The translations under genes and the position numbers were made by a program. DNA of 64,000 nucleotides from Geosiphon pyriformis uo1. Lineage: Eukaryota > Fungi > Glomeromycota. The stretch covers positions 248,001-312,000 of the forward strand of contig JAAOMT010000630.1 in assembly GCA_016748015.1 (NCBI GenBank), written 5' to 3'. The number at the start of each line of letters is the position of its first letter. The first letter of the stretch is position 1. Below, in pieces: positions 53,932 through 64,000 of this stretch. Under the pieces are notes generated by a model that was not told where the DNA came from, searched no databases, and worked only from the letters and a program-made list of their open reading frames with translations.

Positions 53932-55695
53932 GGCTTATAAATTAAAGGTTTGTAGTTGGTGTGGTAGCATACAAAGCGGGGTTTTAACGGACAGAGATGA
54001 AAATGGTGCTCGGGGATCCTTCTCCAGGCATTGCTTGAGGGACATGCAGGAAATAGTAATCTTACTAAGTAATTCCTAATAATACCCACTATTTATATGT
54101 TACAATTCATCCGCAATTCTGTAAACTTGAAACTCAAATTGATTAACAAGCTAAAATGAAGAAAATATCTTCGCAAAACATTGATTTGTTTAAAATTATA
54201 ATTTCATTTACCGTATAATAAAAATTGATTTTATCATAAATTGTCTGAATTTTAATTTATTTTTAGGTAAAAGGGGTATTTTGGCGAAATTAATAAATTT
54301 GTTCAGGGTTGTGATAAAAATGCTCTACTTTCACGTGTCTTATTCTCTCACGCGAATTTATTTCGCTAACTTTGCCACAATTTACCTTATTTATCAAAGT
54401 GATTTTTTGATTAAAAATATTACCGAGTAAAGTGCTAAAGATAATTAAATTAATTAACAAATTTTTGATCATTTGTAATTATATTATTTATTTTATTTAT
54501 AATTATTGTTAGATTAATTCAATATTACTCAAAAAAATTATGATATTAAAAAAACCATTTATATATAAATGATCATAGATTAAATAATTTAAGATTCGTT
54601 CATCAGACCATTACGCATTAATTTAAATAAACATTAAAATCTATTTGTAAATTTTTTTTCTTAATTAAATTTCAAATAATATTTTTAAAAAATATTTCCA
54701 AACAATATTTTCAAATTGTTAAATTATTTTTAAAATCAATGATTAATTATTTTATTTCAAAAAAAAATTTTTTTTTATTTATATACTTTTAATAAATTAT
54801 AATTAAAATTTGTAAAATAATTAGAAAAAAATTTTTTTTTTTTTAAAAAAAACCCCATTAATTTGATTAAATTATTAAGAAATTATTTTTAAATCATTTA
54901 ACTAATTGTTTAATCACGTAAAAAAATAATATTGCTTTCATTCATTCATTCATTAATTATTATCATAATGCTTTCTAAAGAATAACTTTTAATAAAATGA
55001 CCAATTTTTTTTTAATCAAAAATAGTTTTGATTAAAAAGAGACAGAATTTATAAAATTGCCAAAAGTTAATTATAATTTCAAAATTTAAACATTTAACAT
55101 TCGAAAGAATTCGTTCAAGTTTAATGTAAACATTTTAATAAAAATTATTGTGTAGTTGATTAAAATTAATATATATTCATTTATATAAAACTCTGGGAGA
55201 TTTTTTTTTTCTAAGTTATGAATGAGTTTACTAAATTTATATTTCAATCTCACTTTTCATGAAACGTCAGTTGTCCTATTGTGATAGCATATTAAACATT
55301 AGAATAATTTTTTTCACCCAAAAAAAAAAAAAAACAGTATTCGCTCCTTCTTAAAAGAAAATTTTGTTGATTTACAAATTTTACATTTAGATGGCCTCGA
55401 TTTGCCATTTTCATTTGTAACTACTCAGAGAATGGTTTACAAAGTTGTAAAATCCCAAGTTTTCGCTTTTATCAAAAATTTCCCGGAACTACCTTTCGCT
55501 TGAATAGTATTTTCTCAAATATTCCGAAATGAGAGATCATATTTAATTATAATTTAAGAATTTATTAGCGAATGAATCTTTGAGACACGATTTCCAATAA
55601 ATCCATTTACCATCCTAAAATAATGATCCCAAAGATTAGATTTTTTTAAAAAAACGGAACCAAATTTTTATAAAAAAAGTTAAAATACCTAGAGA

Positions 55696-56498
55696 TCAGA
55701 CCAATAGTAATCCACGAGCAGCCTGAAATACAACCTCGGAATGTATCTTCACCCAAAGTAGTTCCAATTTATGCTTTTCTTCTTTCTCATGACAATAAAA
55801 CATTTGTGCCTGAGTATTAATCCAGTTATCCCTTACAATCTCTAAATGTAGACCAGAAGAACATTGCTCGAGATCGTCAGTATTAAATTCGGCTATCTTC
55901 ATACTGTTTTGACGAAACTCGAATCGATAACGAATGATTGTTGCGGAATTACAATCAAAGTTCAAAATGGAGTCTTGAAGGGTAACAGGTGTAAAAGTGA
56001 AGATGCCAGATGGAAAGCAATCGTGTAGATCTCCATTCAAATCGGTTTGAGGTTCGTAACCGAGTTTTATGTCGGGACCGGCGTGGATATTCTTGTTCTG
56101 AAATGCGACAGCATTGATTATTATTTAAATAAAGGAAATGAAAATTTGAAATTGGCAATCTTTGAAAAAAAAAATTGAAAAATTGAAATCAAACGAGAAA
56201 TAAAATACCGGAGAACAAAGAGACCAAGTATTATCTCGAGATAGTACTTCTAATATAGCTATTTGAATCAATTTTCGAAAACTTTTCGAAGTTCGTTGAA
56301 GAACACATAATTCTTTGTAATTTCTAAAAATAGAATTTTCATTTGCACAACAATGGTCATTTTCAATGGTTTATATTAATGGATAAACCTTTCTAAGCGA
56401 CTCACCACGTATAAAACTTTCCTTTCCCTTTTTAAGGAGTGTTTGAAAATTTCTAACCAGAGTTCATTTGGCAGGCTTGGAAATCCCGATAAGGACAT
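55696..56498 (-). CDS. F-box domain protein (3 exons)
   Basis: 'FPSLPNELWLEIFKH...LCVLQRTSKSFRKLI' F-box splices in frame to ORF 55696-56040. Confidence 0.7.
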
Positions 56499-57292
56499 TT
56501 GAGGGAAGAGGGATAAGATAATATTTTAGAGGAAATTGGGTGATAGTAAAAAAGGTTGTATTTATAACGGCCAGGAGATGATCTTTGCGGTTGATGGAAG
56601 AAGAAGTACAGACAGAGGTCGGACTAAGAACTGGTTGAATTTTAATTGTGGATTAGCCACACGTGGCTGCAGCTGGATGATCAAATGATTTGTTCAATCA
56701 CGTTGTGACACACCCAGGAGCAAAGGAATGTTGTAGAAAAGCATCATAATTACACATGGATATACGTCATAAATGCGCTTTTAGGATTGGAACCATAAAC
56801 CATTTTCATTTTTTTAAATGAATAGAGCTTTAAACTTTAAAAAGATTTTCATTCAAAAATATCCAGAAAGAAAGAATGAGTTCAAAAATTTGATTAATTC
56901 TGATTCTGATTCTGATTCTGATTATTATTTTCAAGATTAGAGAATATAATTTAAAAGCTAATAAGTTTAAGTTATCGATATGTACAATGATCGTTAAAAA
57001 TTTGAAATGAAAATTTAAAATAAAATAAAATAAAATATTATTACCCTTTATTTACAATTTAAAAAACTTTTTTCTTTCAAATCTTTTAATAAAATGACTA
57101 AATAAATTTTTTTATTTGTAATTTTACGTCATTCATATAGAAATTTCATCAAATTATAAAAAATATTATTACAAAAAGATATTGAATTTTTTGAATTTTT
57201 TGTTTTTCTTTTTGTATTTGTTTACATGAATTATATTATTAAAATGATTTTTAATCTTAACAAGCGGTAATCGGTTAAACAAATGGTTTTAA

Positions 57293-57323
<31 letters not shown>

Positions 57324-58073
57324 TAAATCAAATATAAATTTTTATGAGATTAGGAATAATTGCAATTAGTAATTAAAAATTAATGAATTTGAATAATTTC
57401 GCATAATCAGTTTTTTACCTTAATGAAATGAGTGAAAATATACGGGGGAATTATATCCTCCAATATTCCAAAAAAGACTTCTTGTACTTGTTTTTTTTTC
57501 TTTATATGAGAAAAGCTTAATTTCTTTTACAGCCAAAACTGAAAATTCCTCAATTTGCTTTTTTCTTTAAACATCATTTTTATATTCCCCTTGAAAACTT
57601 TATACAAGTATTTGTTATTGTTAACATTTAATCTTGTAAAGTTTTTTTTGAACTTGAATCAAATATTTTCTAGAAATCCACGAAAACCATCTAATCTGAA
57701 TAACTTGATTCAAATATCCCCAAGTGATTAATTGAAAAAAATGATTTTTATTGAATTTACTGAAAATCCTGTACAAATGCCCTGAACTAATGTTTGAAAT
57801 CCTAACTAAAATATTTTCGCAGTTTTGGAATGTATTATAAATGTACGATTTACCAAGAATGATTTGAAAATTTCAAGTTTCAATTGAAATTTTTTTTGAT
57901 ACATATTGTAATCGTGGATAATTTCTTTTACTTTCAAGATCCAAACGAACCGGTTGAAAAGAGTCCTGGGTATCTCGATCGATGGGATGTAAAAAAAAAA
58001 TTTCAATAAATATAGATAAGCTTGCCTTCTTGAACTATCAACCGTTAAATCTTTGAAGGTATAGCGAATTAAT

Positions 58074-59351
58074 TTATTTTTCTTCGGTCACAGGATCACG
58101 AAAATCTGTCAGACCAGGAATTGAGATTCGAAATTGTTCTCCGTTAGAACAATTATTGATGTCAATAGGAATATAGTGTTCTAAAGTTAAACCTTTTTCT
58201 GTTCCAACATCTTTTAATTTACCATTGACAGGGGAGGGTTCCGAAACATCGACCTGTGAATGCCTTACCAGAAGGACAATAACAATACTGTCGACCATAT
58301 TTACAGCTAAAATACATTTAAAAGATTAGACTTATGAAACCAAACGTTAAATTGTTGTTTTTTTTTTAAAAAAAAAAACGAGATAAAAATAATAAATATA
58401 ATACTTACACCACTGCCCTGCAGCTAAAAAGAAGATCAAAGCCCTAATTAATGGATCATCCAACTTCTCATTTCTCAAATTCAAAATCACCATAGGAATT
58501 CCAAGTGTAATTGCGCTCAAGATTCTACTTTTGTTATCCTTCAAGAACTTTTTGAAAACTGGCGAGGTCAAACTATTTCGCTGCCGAGATTCCACACGTA
58601 AATTTAGAAGAATGATGAAGAGGCATGAGAGATAGAATAAGATTGTAAGACCATTTGAAATTAGGAATAAGATTTGGTTTCGGAATTCGTTAAAAAGTTC
58701 GATTTGCCAATCAGTATCAGTCCTTTTCCAGGTTTGACCCCAGAATCTAGAAAAATATTTTATGTAAAATTCCGAGAAGTAGTTGGAAAATTCAAGTTTG
58801 AGAAATACTTACGTCGAAAGAATGGCTAAAGTGAATGAACCAAGAATCATCAACAGCAACAATAAACGGATAATGTATTTTATTGCCTTATCTTTACAGG
58901 GAATCAAGGTTTGAGTTCTTGTAAAGATGTAAAGCAATGATAACATGGCTGCGACCAAATAAAATCCAATGGATATTTCTCGTAGTATAGGACTCCAAAT
59001 CAAATCATTGACCAAACCACAATAGCTTAATTGAAATGAGTTGATAAGGAATAAAATCCCACCAGTTGAGTAAGCTGTGCCAGCTAGAATATTTATCATT
59101 ACGATTCTTTCCAAAACAAAATGAAGAATGTGAAAAATTCATATTTTTTGGCATTAAATTACATCAATTAAAAAAATGGGTTTAAAATACCTGTTAATTT
59201 TTCCTAACGAAAGCAACAAAGTAAAGCTCACGATTGTAACAAGACCAATCGAGAATGGTGGTATTGCTTCGAGAACCACGTACATTTGTGTTTTAATAAC
59301 ATCAACGGTTTTTTCCTCAGTCAAAACACCGCACGAGTTGGTTTGGCTCAT
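58074..59351 (-). CDS. Seven-transmembrane GPCR-like membrane protein (4 exons)
   Basis: The joined exons give about 7 hydrophobic helices, a short N-terminus with Cys, a Cys before TM3 and a polar C-tail. Confidence 0.6.
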
Positions 59352-59369
59352 TATGATTAATGAAGATTA

Positions 59370-59590
59370 TGGTGGGTGGTGAGTGGTGTTGGTGGTGGTA
59401 GTGGTGGATGGTGAGTGGTGGTGAGTGGTGGTGAGTGGTGGTGAGTGGTGGTGAGTGGTGGTGAGTGGTGGTGGTGGTGGTGGTGGATGATGATGATTAC
59501 GATGATAATGATAATGATGATGGTGATGATGATGGTGATGATGATGATGTTGTTAATAATAACAACAATAATAATAATAATGATGAAGGT
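59370..59590. repeat. Compound microsatellite (GGTGAGTGGT)n/(GGT)n/(GAT)n/(AAT)n
   Basis: Directly visible just upstream of the 7TM gene. Confidence 0.9.
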
Positions 59591-60288
59591 AATGCCCAAA
59601 GACCAAAATTGTAGGAAAGTTAAATGCGAGAAAAATTTATAATAATAAAAATCATTCAAGTATGAATCTTTTATAAGAAGCATCGATAAAAGAATATCTT
59701 TAACGCCAAACATGTTTGTCAAATATTTACAAATCCATATAAATTAGTGTTTATTTAAAAATCTGTGGGATATAATTAATGTCGGTAATAGTTAAATTTT
59801 AATTCGGATGTTGATAAAGATATTATAAATTTTGGTAAATATTTTTATTACTATTTGATATCCGTGAAGCTTTTGGTGAATAATCTTGGATCAACAATAA
59901 GTCTCATCTTTTCTTCGTATACAATGTATAAAGGACTCATTTAAGTTCATGACACGAGGTAAAAATTTCGAATTTCTCTAAACATTATGATAAAAAATTA
60001 TTGGTAATTCACAAGAGAAACAAACAAATTTATTTCGAAACAAAAAGAAAAGTATTGTTACACAAAATATTTTTCTCTTTTGTAGGCTTCACCCATTGAA
60101 GATTTAAAAATCAGAGTAAACAAAAATTCTAACGTATAATTTTTTTTATCAAAGTGATTTACGAATTACAAAATGATTGTGTGTACAATGAACAATGACG
60201 AAAAGCTTTAATTATGTGATTACTTTTTTAATAATTGTTTTAATCAAGCTATTTATTAAAATACAAAAAACTCGGTTTTGAATTCTCC

Positions 60289-60325
<37 letters not shown>

Positions 60326-60337
60326 TATCATCATCAT
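60289..60337. repeat. (CAT)n microsatellite
   Basis: Directly visible. Confidence 0.9.
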
Positions 60338-60680
60338 CTGTTACTGTTTACAGAAAACGGATATGAAATTACCAGTTTTGGAATATTTTTTTCTTGTATA
60401 TCGAAAAAAAAAAAACCGAAATATCCGATCTTTAATGGTGATTATCTATATGATGATCTAAAAATAGATGATATTTTTAGAAAACCAATCACACACACAT
60501 ACACATATACATACAACAAAATAGTTTCAAAATTATCTTTTTTTTTAATGAAAAGAGATCTTTCAGTGTTATTCCTAGAAAAAGATCTCTAAAAAAAATT
60601 TGAACAATCGACTTTTATATGGAATTATATCCTCATTAATTTTGGATGATTTATTTGTTTTAAAATTATAACGAATTTTG

Positions 60681-60713
<33 letters not shown>

Positions 60714-60905
60714 GAGTGCAGCCCAACCGCTACCACCTATTACAATACAATCACGAAAGATTTCAAAATAAGCGTGGTTCATGCTTTTTCTACACATGAC
60801 CAGCCATGTATTTTGTTTTTAATAACAAAAAGGATTTAAACATAGGAAAATCAATTTAAAATTTGAAAATCTTTGAATAAAAATTTTTAATAAAATTTAT
60901 GTTTA

Positions 60906-60936
<31 letters not shown>

Positions 60937-62597
60937 TTCATTTAATTCAATTCAATCTTAGATTTTAATTAGAAAAAGTAATTATTTTTATTTGTTATTA
61001 AATAAATTTTGTGATAAAGAAATTATTCAAGTTATTTAAATTGTACAATAATAAATTTTTTTAATCTTATTAATTTTGATTTTATTCAAAAAAAAATAAA
61101 AAAATAAGTGTTTAATTTCAATCTTTATTAATTCTGACAAATAACTTATTAATATATATACAACTTTTTTGGGAACATTATTTTTTTGGAATGAACATTA
61201 GGAACAATATTAAAATTTGATAAAGTAAAAAGACTATAAGTTCAAGAATTGATTGGATAGTTGTTGTAGCATAATCTTTTGTAATTAATGATCATATTTC
61301 TTATTACTCGATAATTAAATTTCGATATCCGAATAAAGGTTTTGATTTTTGATTTTATGTTTTCTATCTATCTCAAGACAATGAAATGAAATTCTAGAAA
61401 AGAATTATGCACATTTATTTATTTTCCAATTTCTATATCCAGATTGTAGATTACCAAGTACTTATAAATTTAATTCACGTTATCTCATCAATAACATCAA
61501 TAACATCAATATTTGAAATTTAATTATTTCAATTACCACAATTTTTATATTCTCAAAATTTGAAGTAATCATAATTTCTCTTTGAAAATGCTAATTACAA
61601 TCAATTATCAATAATTGAAATTTTATTTTAACCAAATAATTTTTAACTTTAATTAAATATTATTATAATTATCGAATTTTGAAATATATAAGTGATAATT
61701 TTATTAAAAATACTTTGAAATGTATAATTCAATGTTAAAAACTTGACAAAAGCAAAAAATATTACCCAAAAGTTTGAGAATATTATATGACAAAATTTTT
61801 CTAAAATTTGGTTATTAAAATTCATTTTTTTCTTTAAAAAAATAAGATTCCAATTCTACTTAAAATTTTATTAAAATATTAAATATATGTAAATATAATC
61901 TATTATATCATCCAATTGCTACCAAAAAAATAAAAAACTTTATCATATCAATACATTTTTTTTATAATTTTTTATAATTAAAAAAAATTATAAAGAGTCG
62001 AGTAATATTGATTAAATAAAACTTGAAAAGCTTTTAACTTTATTTAAAAAAACGAAATAAAAAACAAAAGAACTTTATAACACATAAATTCTCTTAACCA
62101 AATTTGTTTTTAACTTTTTTGATCCTTGCAAAAAAACTAATAGGGTTTAAAGGTTATTTAGTCTATATTTTTTGGTTCATTCTAAAGTCCCTTCATAAAA
62201 AGGGAATTTTAAATTTTCATCAAAATCAACCCAAAACTTTCTAATATCAATAGGGATATCAGCATCAGCCAAAAAGTTTAAAACATTATATGACTTCTTA
62301 ATTTTAGATTTAAATTGTAAATGAAATTAAATTCAATTAAAACATGAAAATATTTTTCGCCCCAAATGAATTAATTTCCAAGTATTTTTAGTTTATTTCG
62401 ATATTTTAAAATATTTTCTCTTTCGAAAAATATTTAGCCAAAGAGTTTTGATAAAATGCAAAGCTGGTTAAGAGTGAGAAATTTTTATTCTTCTTGAATA
62501 TTCTAAAATATTAAATAATTTTGTTTAAAAATTCTCCAACAAATTGAGTGGAAATACCGACAAAAGATTTTAGGATTACATAAATTTTTTTCAAATC

Positions 62598-62696
62598 CTC
62601 TCTCTTCTTCTTCTTCTTCTTCTTCTTCTTCTTCTTCTTCTCCTCCTCCTTCTCCTCCTCCTTCTCCTCCTCCTTCTTTCTCTCTTCCCTTCCCTC
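62598..62696. repeat. (TTC)n/(TCC)n polypyrimidine tract
   Basis: Directly visible. Confidence 0.9.
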
Positions 62697-64000
62697 TAAA
62701 TTTTTTATCATTTTTTCATGTCATAATAAAAACCATGACATTTGGTCAGAATATTTTTTCTTTAAAACAATCGAAATCCCTCGATCTGAATCATGACCAA
62801 ATTTAGTAATCATATTTTACAAAAGTGATTACAATAATCAGTATCCTTAACCACGTTTTCCCAAAATCTTGAAAATCTCTACATCAAAAATGTACAAAGT
62901 TTATCCACGATTAAATATCAAAACAACCATAACAACAACAACAACAACAACAAGAACAACAACAACAACAACAAAAACAAAAACAATCATTGAACCTGCA
63001 AAACCCTTTCATCATTTCTAAAATATAAAAGTCTTTTACAAATAGCCCGATGACGCAAATGAATTAAACCGTGTACTTTTAAAATGGGACAAATCAATGA
63101 TCGTAACAATTACATCACCTCCGAAAACACACATACATTGCTCAACGATCTTGATTTCAATTTGTCAAAACTTTTTGAGGTCCTCGAGAGACTGTTGTTG
63201 GAAATTACACGACAAATGTACCGACTGACTCGCGTGGACAAAGTTTCTAAAATTATTATCATGATGATGATCATTTGGGAAAAATTATTCAAATGTTTAT
63301 CAAACTTCCATCTGGGGTCAATCCAATCTCAGCTCGTCATCTACTGGTTACTCTCTCAACAGGGAAATTTTTAAACTAAAAAAAAACATGATATAAAAAA
63401 GGTCTGCCTAGGGCTGAATATCTCTTAATGTAAAAACAGTTTGCAGCTGTAATTTAAGCCTCTTTATTCCTAATCCTACCTCTTTAATCAAAAAATAAAT
63501 CAATTCCAATATTTATTTTTTCGGATGGCTGAATCTCGGCATTCAAATTAAAAAAGTTTGTTTAAATGATTTTATGCTAAATTTTCTTTTTTACCTTTTC
63601 ACCAATAAATTATAAAGCAAAAATTATATTTTTTCTAGTAGATTCTCTTGATATTCTGTGATTGCTATTCGAGGTCTAATAAATGTTTCGTATGTTCACG
63701 AAACAACAATTGAGAGCTTGTATTTTTTTTTATTTGCCGACAGTCACCGAAAATTTGCCTAATCCCGTATTCAGAGTAATATTGTAAAAATTTATTTTTT
63801 TTGATTTTTATGATGCCATTAAATTTATGCTTTTTAGATTCTGGTTAATTGTATTTGCCCTCACTTCGAAAAAGTTTTTTGCATCTCTTGACTAAAGATC
63901 ATCGAAATGCACTCTACTAGAACCGATCAAAATCCTTGTGATCAATTTTATTCCTATCAATTGTACGACCACCATCATATTAATAAAGAAATGACTCATA

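Noticed and set aside
59357-60592. Poly-His/poly-Met/poly-Ile ORFs
   Set aside because: Artefacts of trinucleotide microsatellites.
63084-63374. 96-aa ORF near the window end
   Set aside because: No recognisable domain or splice context; it may be a uORF or leader of a gene outside the window.

Overview
This is AT-rich, intron-rich fungal nuclear DNA. The Sel1 and Crinkler-like relics, RNase-H LINE, Gypsy families and a minor intron point to Glomeromycotina (Geosiphon/Ambispora-like); this assignment is inference. The window has two compartments. (1) 1-~18,200 is a nested transposon graveyard: an RNase-H LINE, a dUTPase-bearing Ty3/Gypsy element inserted in it, a pogo/Tigger transposon inserted at a TA in the Gypsy 3' LTR, a solo LTR inserted in the transposase, Sel1 and Crinkler-like pseudogenes, and a ~3 kb near-pure-AT ghost. 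This block has almost no CpG. Its two LTR copies differ at 34 of 180 hand-aligned positions, all transitions, which suggests a RIP-like or methylation-driven repeat hypermutation system. (2) ~18,300-64,000 is a normal gene region: pericentrin/Pcp1-like PACT protein, S/T-rich type I membrane protein, peroxisomal acyl-CoA thioesterase, two F-box proteins, Rogdi/Rav2 (with a U12-type intron), phosducin-like protein, Bck1-like MAPKKK, P5C reductase, TAF11, SREBP (with a candidate autoregulatory E-box), CBS-PB1 protein, an unexplained GC-richer pseudogene island and a 7TM GPCR-like protein. All calls come from manual reading and motif recognition; no searches were run, and pseudogene boundaries are approximate.
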